Shown here: piece after piece, positions 41,392 through 51,063 of the stretch
Numbering within the stretch: position 1 is the stretch's first letter
Layout of the letters: each line of letters begins with the position of its first letter
Source of the DNA: Nitrospirota bacterium
Lineage (GTDB): Bacteria > Nitrospirota > UBA9217
DNA: 64,000 bases
Direction of reading: 5' to 3'
Assembly (NCBI GenBank): GCA_963754875.1
Contig: CAVWHO010000021.1
Span: 1-64,000, forward strand
The notes under the pieces: generated by a model
The model's database searches: none
What the model was told of the DNA's origin: nothing
Seen by the model: only the letters and a program-made list of their open reading frames with translations
Program-made: the position numbers and the translations under genes

Positions 41392-42003
41392 ATGCTGAAG
41401 GTAGGATTAACGGGCGGGATCGCAAGCGGCAAGAGCCTCGTCGCGCGAATTTTTAAGGACCTCGGTGCGCATATCATCGACGCCGATCGTATCGTCCATG
41501 ATCTGCTCGAGTTGGACCAAGAGGTCTACAAAGAGGTCCTTGACTTTTTCGGGAAGGACATCATGCGTGCGGACAAAAGCATTGACCGCCGGAAAGTAGG
41601 CGATATTGTCTTCAACGACGCTGAAAAACGGCAATGGCTCAACAACTGTCTGCATCCGCGGGTTTTCTCCGTGTATAACGAACAGGTACGGCTCTTATGC
41701 GACAGGCAACCCGAGTGTATTGTCGTGCTCGATGCCGCACTGTTGATTGAGACTGGGTACCATCGCGGAATGGACCGCGTCATTGTTGTCTACGCAGACC
41801 GGGAGCAGCAGGTGGAGCGGCTTACTGCGCGCGATAAATTGAGCCGTGAACAGGCTCTTGCCAGGATATCGAGTCAGATGCCGCTTAGCGAAAAAAGGGG
41901 CCATGCGGACTTCGTCATCGACAATACAGGTACCCGGGAAAGCACGGAACAGCAGGCCCGGGATATCTTTGACAAACTCAAACAGGACGCAGCACGAGCT
42001 TAG
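41392..42003 (+). CDS. coaE: Dephospho-CoA kinase
   Basis: VGLTGGIASGKS, IIDAD, LHPRV, SQMP, ADFVIDN. Confidence 0.95.
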   Translation: MLKVGLTGGIASGKSLVARIFKDLGAHIIDADRIVHDLLELDQEVYKEVLDFFGKDIMRADKSIDRRKVGDIVFNDAEKRQWLNNCLHPRVFSVYNEQVRLLCDRQPECIVVLDAALLIETGYHRGMDRVIVVYADREQQVERLTARDKLSREQALARISSQMPLSEKRGHADFVIDNTGTRESTEQQARDIFDKLKQDAARA

Positions 42004-42015
42004 GAGGATGTTCGC

Positions 42016-42471
42016 TTGATTCGGATCGTCCCGATGAAGCGTGCTCATATTCCGGCCTGCCGAAAGATTACGGCCGTCTCGGAACCGTGGAAGTCGCTGA
42101 ACGAGCAGATCGACTTCACCCGTTACATATCCCTGACGCAAGCCTACGTCGGCATTGACGCCGGACGAGTGGCTGGCTTCATTATTTTCACTCCCGAACC
42201 TGTATTCGCGAGGGGCGGCTATCTCCGGGCCATCGGTGTGGCGCCGGATATCCGCAGACAGGGAATCGGGCAAAAATTGATGGCTTTTGCGGAAACAACG
42301 ACTGCGCGCCGTTCGCAGAATTTTTACCTCTGTGTTTCTTCGTTCAACCGGAAAGCGCAGTCATTCTATAAAACCATCGGTTACAGAAAAGTCGGAGTGC
42401 TTCCCGGCTTGATCATGCCCGGTGCAACGGAATTCATTTATTGGAAGAGGCTGAAACATTCATCAAAATAG
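42016..42471 (+). CDS. GNAT N-acetyltransferase
   Basis: IGVAPDIRRQGIGQKLM, NRKAQSFYKTIGY. Confidence 0.9.
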   Translation: MIRIVPMKRAHIPACRKITAVSEPWKSLNEQIDFTRYISLTQAYVGIDAGRVAGFIIFTPEPVFARGGYLRAIGVAPDIRRQGIGQKLMAFAETTTARRSQNFYLCVSSFNRKAQSFYKTIGYRKVGVLPGLIMPGATEFIYWKRLKHSSK

Positions 42472-42490
42472 AGAGGATGGCAGACAACAC

Positions 42491-43168
42491 GTGATCACGA
42501 AAAACCTGAAAAAAATAGAATTATTCAAGAACCTCTCCGACGACGAACTCAAGGAACTCGATCCCTATCTGATGAAAGAAACAGTCAAAAAAAAGAAAGA
42601 GATTTTTACCGAGGGCGACCAGCCCGAATGGTTTTATATCGTGTCAAAGGGTAAGATTAAAATCACGAAACTCTCGCAGGAGGGAAAGGAAATCATACTC
42701 GAACTCATTTCACCTACGGACATCTTCGGCGGCGTAGCAGTATTGAGCAATTTCCCTTACCCCGCCAATGCCGTTGCCATGGAAGATTCAGAGATCCTGA
42801 AGATCTCGCGAAAGAATCTGATGCGCCTCGTGGACCGTTTCCCGAACCTCATGTACTGCATAGCGCTCCAACTCGGAGACCGGATGAAAAGTTCCTACGA
42901 CTCGTTGAAAAACATCGCTTTGGAGCGCGTCGAGGCCAGGATCGCGGCGCTTCTCCTGAAACTGGCAAACAAGGTCGGCGAAGAGACAAAAGAAGGCCTC
43001 GTGATCGACATGCGTTTGACGAAACAGGACGTGGCCGACATGGTCGGTACGACCGTCGAAACATCGATCAGGACCTTCAGCAAGTTCAAGAAGCAGGGCC
43101 TGTTGTCCGATACGAATGGAAAGATCATCATTAAGGACCGCGATGGATTGATGGCTTTCTCGTCTTAG
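42491..43168 (+). CDS. Crp/Fnr-family regulator (HcpR/Dnr-like, no Fe-S Cys cluster)
   Basis: cNMP-binding domain and HTH LTKQDVADMVGTTVETSIRTFSKF. Confidence 0.92.
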   Translation: MITKNLKKIELFKNLSDDELKELDPYLMKETVKKKKEIFTEGDQPEWFYIVSKGKIKITKLSQEGKEIILELISPTDIFGGVAVLSNFPYPANAVAMEDSEILKISRKNLMRLVDRFPNLMYCIALQLGDRMKSSYDSLKNIALERVEARIAALLLKLANKVGEETKEGLVIDMRLTKQDVADMVGTTVETSIRTFSKFKKQGLLSDTNGKIIIKDRDGLMAFSS

Positions 43169-43189
43169 TTTGTTCCCGTAGGGAGCAAA
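43169..43189. terminator. Hairpin between convergent genes
   Basis: TTTGTTCCC-GTA-GGGAGCAAA. Confidence 0.5.
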
Positions 43190-43219
43190 GCACATCGAAC
43201 ATGTTGCAAATCCGCGCTC

Positions 43220-43633
43220 TCAGTGCGGCTGTTCTGTTTTCGCGAGCAGCGTCATCAACATATTATAGAAGAAGAGGAAAATCGCCACGGCCTGCGCCGC
43301 TCCCGCTGTGATGGTAATCATCCGGAAGGTGTCGTTTGCGCTGTATACGTTCAGAGTATAGAACACCAGCATCGCCACGAGCGAGATGTTTGCGAGATAG
43401 AACTGCACTTCTACGACTCTATTGCTGTACACCGGCCGCCCCATGAACCGCGGCAGGATGTGATACCCGACGCCGAAAATCATCATGGACACCCAGCCCA
43501 GCATATTGAGATGCGAATGCACGAATTTCATGGCCAGCATGTTCTGATTGCCCAGCATAATAATACCGAGTACGGCCGAGATACCGAGATACACGACGCT
43601 CATAACAATAAACCCTTTTACATACTTGTCCAT
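43220..43633 (-). CDS. 4-TM membrane protein with a haem-copper oxidase/NnrS-like His motif
   Basis: FVHSHLNMLGWVSMMIFGVGYHILPRF. Confidence 0.75.
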   Translation of the reverse strand: MDKYVKGFIVMSVVYLGISAVLGIIMLGNQNMLAMKFVHSHLNMLGWVSMMIFGVGYHILPRFMGRPVYSNRVVEVQFYLANISLVAMLVFYTLNVYSANDTFRMITITAGAAQAVAIFLFFYNMLMTLLAKTEQPH

Positions 43634-43694
43634 AGTGTATTGCCTCCGATCAATTTTTGCTGATCACACCATAGCGCCTTTATCGCCGGAACGC

Positions 43695-43744
43695 TATGAT
43701 ATGGCTCATAATTTATTATACTTCATAATATGATACAGGTCATA
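43695..43744. promoter_or_regulatory. Twin Crp/Fnr (HcpR-type) boxes TATGA-N6-TCATA for divergent class II promoters
   Basis: Boxes at 43695-43710 and 43729-43744; -10 elements TATGGT (minus, 43673-43668) and TATAGT (plus, 43766-43771). Confidence 0.8.
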
Positions 43745-43801
43745 ACAGGCAGGAGATCTTTTTGGTATAGTACGTTCAACAAATAACCAAGGAGGCCCCC
43801 C

Positions 43802-44014
43802 ATGATTACAGAAAAAAAGAAGGTAACGAAAGATTCCATTATTGGCGACATCATCAAGATGAGCCCCGGCGCGAAGGCGGTGATCCAGAAACATTTCGGA
43901 GGCGGCTGCTTCACCTGCCCGGGCATCAACATGGAGTCCCTGTCGTTCGGTTCAATGATGCACAACATGGACCCTAATAAAATCGTTGACGAGATCAACG
44001 CTCTGGAGGACTAA
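43802..44014 (+). CDS. DUF1858-domain protein
   Basis: VTKDSIIGDII..FGGGCFTCPGINMESLSFGSMMH..IVDEIN. Confidence 0.85.
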   Translation: MITEKKKVTKDSIIGDIIKMSPGAKAVIQKHFGGGCFTCPGINMESLSFGSMMHNMDPNKIVDEINALED

Positions 44015-44016
44015 AT

Positions 44017-44154
44017 ATGGCCGGAAAAGAACTGAAGTGTTTCGTATGTGGTTCTGATGACAAGACCAGGGTGTATCTCCCCTGTTACCATGAAGGCAAG
44101 GAAAAAGTGGTCTGCACCCGCTGCCTTCCCATGCTGATCCACGGGGCGCACTAG
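44017..44154 (+). CDS. 45-aa zinc-ribbon-like microprotein (below the ORF-track cutoff)
   Basis: GGAGG RBS; MAGKELKCFVCGSDDKTRVYLPCYHEGKEKVVCTRCLPMLIHGAH* with two CxxC. Confidence 0.8.
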   Translation: MAGKELKCFVCGSDDKTRVYLPCYHEGKEKVVCTRCLPMLIHGAH

Positions 44155-44225
44155 CGCCCCGCTTTCCTCCTATTTGGCTTCAGAATGCTGTGGAATTTTC
44201 GTCCCGACACTGGTAAACTGTTGCG

Positions 44226-44915
44226 ATGAAAAATGATCTTGCAATCGTCCTCGTGAGCGGCGGCATGGACAGCTGCGTGTGCGCGGCCATCGCACACAGC
44301 GAGTACCGGATCGCCTTCCTGCACGTGAATTACGGCCAGCGGACCGAGGCGCGGGAGCTTCGTGCGTTCAATGAAATTGCCGATTACTATAACGTAAAAG
44401 AACGCCTTTCCGTCAGCCTGGAACATCTCAGGATAATCGGCGGTTCGGCCCTCACCGATGCAACAATTCCGGTGCCTGACGCAGGGTCTTCGCAATCCGC
44501 ACTCCCCACTTCTCATTCAACAATTCCGATAACCTACGTTCCCTTCCGTAACGCTCACCTGCTTTCCATAGCCACGTCCTGGGCAGAGGTCATCGGAGCG
44601 AAAAAGATTTTTATCGGCGCTGTCGAGGAGGACAGTTCCGGCTATCCTGACTGCAGGGAAACATTCTATCAGGCATTCAACAAAGTCATCGAGATTGGCA
44701 CGAAGCCGGAAACACGCGTCGAGATAGTTACCCCGCTGATCCATATGAAAAAATCGGAGATCGTGAAGAAAGGCGCTGAACTCGCCGCGCCGCTCCATCT
44801 TACCTGGAGCTGCTACCAGAACAGTGAAAAAGCCTGCGGCAGGTGTGAGAGCTGCGCGCTGAGGCTGAAGGGGTTCAGAGAAGCCGGGGTGAAAGATCCT
44901 ATCCCCTATGAATAG
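44226..44915 (+). CDS. queC: 7-cyano-7-deazaguanine synthase
   Basis: SGGMDS, YGQR, TYVPFRN, GYPDCR, TWSCY..CGRCESC. Confidence 0.96.
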   Translation: MKNDLAIVLVSGGMDSCVCAAIAHSEYRIAFLHVNYGQRTEARELRAFNEIADYYNVKERLSVSLEHLRIIGGSALTDATIPVPDAGSSQSALPTSHSTIPITYVPFRNAHLLSIATSWAEVIGAKKIFIGAVEEDSSGYPDCRETFYQAFNKVIEIGTKPETRVEIVTPLIHMKKSEIVKKGAELAAPLHLTWSCYQNSEKACGRCESCALRLKGFREAGVKDPIPYE

Positions 44916-44968
44916 AAAATGATGGCTGCTCACAACGAATTTCCGTCACAGCAGCCTGATAAACGCCG

Positions 44969-45625
44969 ATGATCCTTTCAGAATTCATCAAGTCCTGGCC
45001 AATTCTTAAAAAACAGGTTAAAACCTTTAAACTCCCCTGGCTCGAAGGCTTTGTGGCACTTGATCGCGATCCCTTCAAGGTCCTCATTTCCTGCATTCTC
45101 AGCCTCAGGACCCAGGACAAGACAACAGGGGCCGCCTCGGAACGGCTCTTTAACCTGGCATCGACCCCCGAGGCATTGTTGCGCCTTTCCGCCAAAACCA
45201 TTGAAAAAGCAATTTATCCCGTGGGATTTTACCGGGTCAAAGCGCGAACCATTAAGGACATCGTCAGAGAGCTGACGGAAAAAAATCAATCGCAGGTTCC
45301 TGATACGCTCGAAGGTTTATTGACCTTAAAAGGAGTAGGGAGAAAAACGGCCAATCTCGTATTGACCCGCGGATTCGATAAATACGGCATTTGCGTGGAC
45401 ACTCACGTTCACCGGATCACAAACCGGTGGGGCCTGGTCGAGACGAAAAAACCTGATGAGACGGAACTCGTTTTACGCGAGATACTGCCCAGAAGATACT
45501 GGAAAGACCTTAACGCTGTCCTCGTTGCCTTTGGTCAACATATCTGTCAGCCTCTCTCGCCCTTCTGCTCCAAGTGCAAAATAAGGACGTATTGCAAGAG
45601 GTGCGACGTCAGGAAACACCGCTAG
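44969..45625 (+). CDS. nth: Endonuclease III
   Basis: LKGVGRKTANLV HhH, VDTHVHRI, C-terminal 4Fe-4S Cys motif. Confidence 0.93.
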   Translation: MILSEFIKSWPILKKQVKTFKLPWLEGFVALDRDPFKVLISCILSLRTQDKTTGAASERLFNLASTPEALLRLSAKTIEKAIYPVGFYRVKARTIKDIVRELTEKNQSQVPDTLEGLLTLKGVGRKTANLVLTRGFDKYGICVDTHVHRITNRWGLVETKKPDETELVLREILPRRYWKDLNAVLVAFGQHICQPLSPFCSKCKIRTYCKRCDVRKHR

Positions 45626-45667
45626 CAGAAAATGGATGAAGGCGAGACACGCCGACTGGCTGGCATA

Positions 45668-46495
45668 TTACCGGGAAAAAGATTTATCGAGCATGGAGGT
45701 ATGTTTTTGCATTATTTTTTCAAGCATACGAACGATTCCCGTGCCCGTAGCATAGATGGATTCAATTAAGAGGTTTTTTTCAGCCGTATCATCAAAGAAA
45801 AGGTGAAGTTTCGATTCCATATCATCTTCCGGCTTCCAATAGCAGATCATCATCGGCAGTTTCGGGAGCGGATATAAGATCACCGATATATCCGAAGCGA
45901 ATGCGCCCCCGGATGGCATACCACTGAAGATGCGGACCAGATCTTCAAAGAGGTCCCCATGGGTATCGGCGATGAGTTTCAGCGGCTGTTCACATTTTCG
46001 CTCAAAAAGAGGATTCCACGTCTTTCCGTTTTCCAGTTCCCTGAACGGAACCCATCGACCGGAAGTACCTTCCCCTTTGCTGAAGAGAATATAATGAAGC
46101 AGCGGTATCGTGAACCACGGATGGGTATGGCAGTGCGATACGACATTGCCCTTAACATCGATCTCGAAATCCCTTCCGAGACACTTTAGCAGCAAAGACC
46201 CTCCGTCAAACCTTGCCCCTATTCTTTCCGCTCTTGAAGCAAGATCGATATTTACGATCTTCTCTTTGAGGTCTTTCAGTGCATCTTCTTGAATGGTTTC
46301 CAGGTTAACTTGCCTATGAATTTTTCCGACAAATTGAGAAAGGGTGTTCTTGTCAAGGTGCAGGCAATCGGAGATACTTTTTTCTTCTTTCAGTACCGCT
46401 GCAGCAAAAGCCAAACAGGTTGAAACCTGGCACTGGCCGCAATTGGATTTCGGCAATAGTTTAAAAATTTCAAGTGGCGTCGTAAATTTGGTCAT
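45668..46495 (-). CDS. Fe-S domain + DUF3786 protein
   Basis: LPKSNCGQCQVSTCLAFA..C; LLHYIL, WVPFREL, PLPKLP..YW..LFFD. Confidence 0.8.
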   Translation of the reverse strand: MTKFTTPLEIFKLLPKSNCGQCQVSTCLAFAAAVLKEEKSISDCLHLDKNTLSQFVGKIHRQVNLETIQEDALKDLKEKIVNIDLASRAERIGARFDGGSLLLKCLGRDFEIDVKGNVVSHCHTHPWFTIPLLHYILFSKGEGTSGRWVPFRELENGKTWNPLFERKCEQPLKLIADTHGDLFEDLVRIFSGMPSGGAFASDISVILYPLPKLPMMICYWKPEDDMESKLHLFFDDTAEKNLLIESIYATGTGIVRMLEKIMQKHTSMLDKSFSR

Positions 46496-46637
46496 CGGGT
46501 GCTATTCTTTAAAATCCTAGGATTGACAGGTTACGAATTCACTCGCCTATTGTACGACGTCAAGTTGCTCCGATCAAGAGTAAATAGGCACTTCTTGCAG
46601 GAATGAGTACTCTAGGAGAGGTGAGCAGTGCGGCGGA

Positions 46638-47858
46638 CTACAGAAAGGACGTCACGAGAAGCGCAAGAGTCAATACGATCATGACCACGACCGTAGACCA
46701 GGCAATGATATCAAAGGTCCGCGAGTTGGTAAATTCTCCCATGATGTCCTTGTTGTTGATCAACACAAGCATAAAAATCAGCACAAAAGGCAGCATAACG
46801 CCATTCACAACCTGGGAGACGAGCATAATTGTAATGAGCGGCGCATTCGGTATGAGAATAATGAGCGCGCCGATGACGATGATGGCGGTGTAGAGCCACA
46901 TGAACTGAGGCGCTGTTTTAAAGTTTTTGTCAACGCCGGACTCCCACCCCATGCCCTCGCACACGTAATAGGCTGTGGCCAGGGGAAGAATGGACGCAGA
47001 GAACAGGGAAGCGTTTGCCAGCCCGATCGCAAAAAGCACGGAGGCGTGCGATCCTGCAAGCGGCGCGAGTGCGACAGCCGCATCTTTGGCATCAGTGATC
47101 TTTACGCCGTTCACAAAAAGTGTTGCGGCGCAAGCCACGATGATGAAGAACGCCACCACGTCCGTCATGATACACCCGACGATCACGTCCATGCGCGAGG
47201 CCCGGTAATTATCGATCTTTACGTTCTTCTCCACAACCGCTGATTGCAGATAAAACTGCATCCAGGGAGCGATGGTGGTCCCTACAATGCCGATCAGCAT
47301 CGTGAGATAGGACGGTTTGAAATTGAAGGACGGTTTAACCGTATCGAGCAGGATCCTGCCCCACGGCGGATGAACGAAAAAAGCCGAAAAAGCATAAGTC
47401 AGATAAACTGTACAGGCGATAAGGAATATTTTCTCAACGGCCCGGTAGGTCCCTTTTACCACGAGCAGCCAGACCGCGAAGGCCCCGATCGGCACAGATA
47501 TATACTTGCTCACCCCAAAAATCTCCATCGCCGAGGCCCATCCTGCGAATTCGGCCACCGTGTTGCCCATATCCGCGAGCAGCAGGCTCAGCATGAGAAA
47601 GAAGGTCATTTGCACGCCGAAATTCTCCCGGATCAGGTCAGCAAGCGTCTTGCCGGTCACCACGCCCATCCGCGCGACCATTTCCTGGACCACGATCAGC
47701 GCAATCGTTATAGGGATCAGCGTCCAGAGGAGCGAATAGCCGAAATGGGCCCCGGCCACCGAGTAGGTGGCAATGCCGCCTGCATCATTATCCACATTCG
47801 CGGTAATGATGCCCGGCCCGAGAACGGAGAGAAATACAAGTATTTTCCTTTTATTCAT
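46638..47858 (-). CDS. Nramp-related Mg2+ transporter (NRMT type)
   Basis: GPGIITANVDNDAGG (NRMT-type in place of DPGN), GTTIAPWMQFY. Confidence 0.88.
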   Translation of the reverse strand: MNKRKILVFLSVLGPGIITANVDNDAGGIATYSVAGAHFGYSLLWTLIPITIALIVVQEMVARMGVVTGKTLADLIRENFGVQMTFFLMLSLLLADMGNTVAEFAGWASAMEIFGVSKYISVPIGAFAVWLLVVKGTYRAVEKIFLIACTVYLTYAFSAFFVHPPWGRILLDTVKPSFNFKPSYLTMLIGIVGTTIAPWMQFYLQSAVVEKNVKIDNYRASRMDVIVGCIMTDVVAFFIIVACAATLFVNGVKITDAKDAAVALAPLAGSHASVLFAIGLANASLFSASILPLATAYYVCEGMGWESGVDKNFKTAPQFMWLYTAIIVIGALIILIPNAPLITIMLVSQVVNGVMLPFVLIFMLVLINNKDIMGEFTNSRTFDIIAWSTVVVMIVLTLALLVTSFL

Positions 47859-48010
47859 GCTGAATCTGACCTTTTCCAGACTGCCCTGACAAGGGAAAGT
47901 AATGAGTACGACCCGCAGTTCTGCTTTCTGTTCTCTCTCCCCGGCAAAGGGCGTAATGCGATACTATGCTTTCCCGGAGCTGAAGATGACGGAAAACAGG
48001 AAATAAACTT

Positions 48011-49276
48011 TTACCGTTTTCTCCGTTTTTTTCTGGATGCCGTCGGCAGGAGGAAGTCAAGCACGTCGTCAACCGTTACGATGCCTCGAAGCACGTTGTC
48101 CTCATCCACTACCGGCGCGGCAAGCAGGTTGTACTTTGAGATAAACTCAGCCACGTCCTTTTGTCCCGCCTCGAGGGAAAGGGCCTTCACCGGAGTTATC
48201 ATGATATCGCTGAGAAGCGTTTCCGGCATGGCCAGAATAAGATTTTTAAGCGATATGACGCCGACGATCCTCTCATTGCTGTCGAGGATGTAGAGGTAAT
48301 AAATGGTCTCGACATCCGGAGCTTCGAGCCGCAATTCCTTGATCGCCTCTTCCACGGTCATGTCCGGAGGAAAGGCGAGATATTCAGTGGTCATGAGACC
48401 GCCGGCTGTGTCTTCCTCATGTTCCAGAAGTTCCTGGACGTCCTCTGCCTCTTCCCTGTCCATGAGGTTGATCAGTTCCTGCGCTTTTGCTTCGGGAAGG
48501 TCGCCCAAAACGTCAGCAGCCTCGTCAGGAGGCATCCGCTCGAGGATGTCCGACGCCCGCTCTTTGGACATGTCGTCGATAATATCGACCTGGACGTGCG
48601 GTTCAAGTTCGTGGAGGGCCTCGGCGGCGGTGTCTACGTCCAGTGTGCCGAAAATCGCCGTCCTCTCCCGCTGGGAAACGTCGCTCATGATCTCAGCCAA
48701 ATCAGCGGGATGGAGGTTGGCAACCTTCTGGCGGGATACCGTAAGTGTTAGGCGTGAAAGTTTCGGTTCGATGGTTTGCAGATAGTGCCAGCCGATCAAC
48801 CGGTGTTGGAGTCTAGAGTGCACCAGGCTGAAAAGCTTTTCTCCGCGCGCTTCCACTCCGAGCCTGCGCAGGATCCCGCGCAGCCCGATGTCCGCGGCAA
48901 CCAAGCACAGTGCTCCCTTTACATCGGCAAGTTCGAGATCGTTGACCCGGACGAGCTTGGCGCCGTTGATGTCCACGATCTGTTTGTCGAGCAGATCGCG
49001 GTATACGAGGATGTCGGTCGGCGCCACAGAAGCGGGTCCGAGGTTTTTCGCGAGCACATTGACCGAGATGACCCGTTTATTAAAGAGATTGACTGATGCC
49101 CATGGAAGCAGGAAGGTATCTTTCCTCGAAGCGATGACCAGCGCGCTCACCGCGGGAAAGGGTTCCCCCCTGATGACGATGATGTCCTTGAGTTTGCCGA
49201 TTTCCTCGCCCGTTTGGTCAAGCACCGGTTTTTGAGATACCTCGCTGGCAAATATTTCTCCGGCAAAAAAGGGCAT
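48011..49276 (-). CDS. Soluble MgtE N-terminal/CBS domain protein with PRC barrels (no TM domain)
   Basis: LLDKQIVDING..VRVND, LHPADLAEI, EDTAGGLMTTEY, GIVTVDD. Confidence 0.88.
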   Translation of the reverse strand: MPFFAGEIFASEVSQKPVLDQTGEEIGKLKDIIVIRGEPFPAVSALVIASRKDTFLLPWASVNLFNKRVISVNVLAKNLGPASVAPTDILVYRDLLDKQIVDINGAKLVRVNDLELADVKGALCLVAADIGLRGILRRLGVEARGEKLFSLVHSRLQHRLIGWHYLQTIEPKLSRLTLTVSRQKVANLHPADLAEIMSDVSQRERTAIFGTLDVDTAAEALHELEPHVQVDIIDDMSKERASDILERMPPDEAADVLGDLPEAKAQELINLMDREEAEDVQELLEHEEDTAGGLMTTEYLAFPPDMTVEEAIKELRLEAPDVETIYYLYILDSNERIVGVISLKNLILAMPETLLSDIMITPVKALSLEAGQKDVAEFISKYNLLAAPVVDEDNVLRGIVTVDDVLDFLLPTASRKKRRKR

Positions 49277-49570
49277 GACGACTCCACGGCGCGGGATAGC
49301 TGAGATGGTTTAGGTTATACCAGCGGCCATGAGTGAAGTCAAGAAAAAACAGGCCGCGCGCGCGCAAAGTATGCTACAATAGGTATTAGGACGACCCGAA
49401 AGAGCGGAGCGGAAACGTAAAATAACGATGGGCGTCTCGGCTGCAGGAAAATGCCGCCTCGAAATAAATTTTGCTGGTCACTGCCCTTATTTTCTGCTAT
49501 AGTCTTTCGAAAATTGTCGAACAACCTGTCACTTAAAAACACGGAACGCCGTGAAAGGAGAACGCCTTGT

Positions 49571-50173
49571 ATGGCAGAACAGACTGTCAAAGACCTGAAG
49601 AAAGAAATCTATCTGGTAATGCATAAAGCTCAGTCCATGCTTGAACTTACGGAAGAGGGTTTCATGAAAAGCAAGATGTCTTCTCTGGACCAGGCGGATG
49701 AAGTTGCCAGGGAAATCCACGCAAAAGAGGACTCGCTCACCGCTGCCCTCGCCAAACTGGCTGCCACGAACAGTGAAGCGCGGTCGATGCTGTCTGTCCC
49801 TGCTTCGATCGAAAAAATAGCGACCTACATCCATAGAATCGGTGAAAACAGCCGCGAACGTATTAAGGACGGACTCTTGTTCAGCGACAAGGCGATTATC
49901 GAGAGCGGCAAGCTGTTTACCAAAACCAAGGATATCCTGAAAAAAGCCGGAGAAGCGGCCGTAACCAACGCTGCTGCCACTATTGATACGGTGATAGCCG
50001 AAACGGATTCCCTTGAACGCATGGCCAATGACTTTGCTACCGCCCATGAAGAAAGGCTCGTGACCGGCGAGTGTTCGCCCAAATCTTCATCGAACTATCT
50101 GTGCATCCTTTATGCCTTCGACGATATGGGGGAGCACATCAAGAACAGTGTAAAGAAACTTTCCGGGAAGTAA
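49571..50173 (+). CDS. PhoU-like helical protein (resembles the Na/Pi-cotransporter C-terminal domain)
   Basis: AAGGAG RBS; LLFSDKA, TAHEERLVTGECSPKSSS.YL. Confidence 0.7.
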   Translation: MAEQTVKDLKKEIYLVMHKAQSMLELTEEGFMKSKMSSLDQADEVAREIHAKEDSLTAALAKLAATNSEARSMLSVPASIEKIATYIHRIGENSRERIKDGLLFSDKAIIESGKLFTKTKDILKKAGEAAVTNAAATIDTVIAETDSLERMANDFATAHEERLVTGECSPKSSSNYLCILYAFDDMGEHIKNSVKKLSGK

Positions 50174-50280
50174 TCTGCGGCTCACCTGCCACGGGCAGGC
50201 ACATAACCTGCCCTTTCCCGTGCACATCGGCATGAGCAGTATACTGGTCTCAATGTCGTGCCACGCGATAGCGGTCGTTT

Positions 50281-51063
50281 ATGCCTCAATCATGGAAACC
50301 AATAATCGGCCTGGCCCTGTCAGGCGGTGCGGCACGCGGCCTTGCTCATATTGCAGTTCTGAAGACCCTGGAAGAAGAAGGCGTCCCCATTCATGCCATT
50401 GCAGGTACCAGCGCCGGCAGCGTTGTCGGCGCCCTGTACTGCGCCGGCGTACCCCTTTCCCAAATCGAGCGCCTCCTCGTCCATGCCAAGTGGACCGACA
50501 TCCTCAAGTTTACGATACCGAAACAGGGGTTTATCTCCAGCGAGGGAATTTACCGCTTTCTGGAGGACATCCTGCCGATAAAGAAATTTTCCGCTCTTCC
50601 CCTTCCCCTCGCAGTCGTGGCCACAGACCTCAAAACCGCCGAGAAAGTTGTGATAACGACCGGCTCCATTGCCCGGGCCGTTCAGGCCAGCTGCAGTGTT
50701 CCCGTTCTCTTCACCCCTACGGAGCTGAGTAAGAAAATGCTGGTTGACGGCGGCGTTTCCAGCCAGATACCGGTCCGGGCAGTCCGGGAAGAACTGGGAG
50801 CCAGGCACGTCATAGCCGTAAATGTAAATTACAAGGCAATGGAATCGGACCATTACGACAACATGATCAATATCGCCACCCACTTATCGGCGCTTTGGGC
50901 ATCAAAGAATGCCCGGGAAGAGGAAAAACTTGCCGATGTTGCTATTGATGTGAATGCAAAAGGAATCGCAATTTATGACCTTTCCAAGGCAAAGGAGCTT
51001 CTCCGTCGAGGCAAAAAGGCCACCATTGAGAAATTGTCGCAGATCAGGGCACTTCTAGACTGA
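50281..51063 (+). CDS. Patatin-like phospholipase
   Basis: LSGGAARG, GTSAG, LVDGG. Confidence 0.93.
   Translation: MPQSWKPIIGLALSGGAARGLAHIAVLKTLEEEGVPIHAIAGTSAGSVVGALYCAGVPLSQIERLLVHAKWTDILKFTIPKQGFISSEGIYRFLEDILPIKKFSALPLPLAVVATDLKTAEKVVITTGSIARAVQASCSVPVLFTPTELSKKMLVDGGVSSQIPVRAVREELGARHVIAVNVNYKAMESDHYDNMINIATHLSALWASKNAREEEKLADVAIDVNAKGIAIYDLSKAKELLRRGKKATIEKLSQIRALLD

Noticed and set aside
49380..49450. Fluoride or Mg2+ riboswitch between the mgtE-like and phoU-like genes
   Set aside because: The required conserved stems could not be formed.
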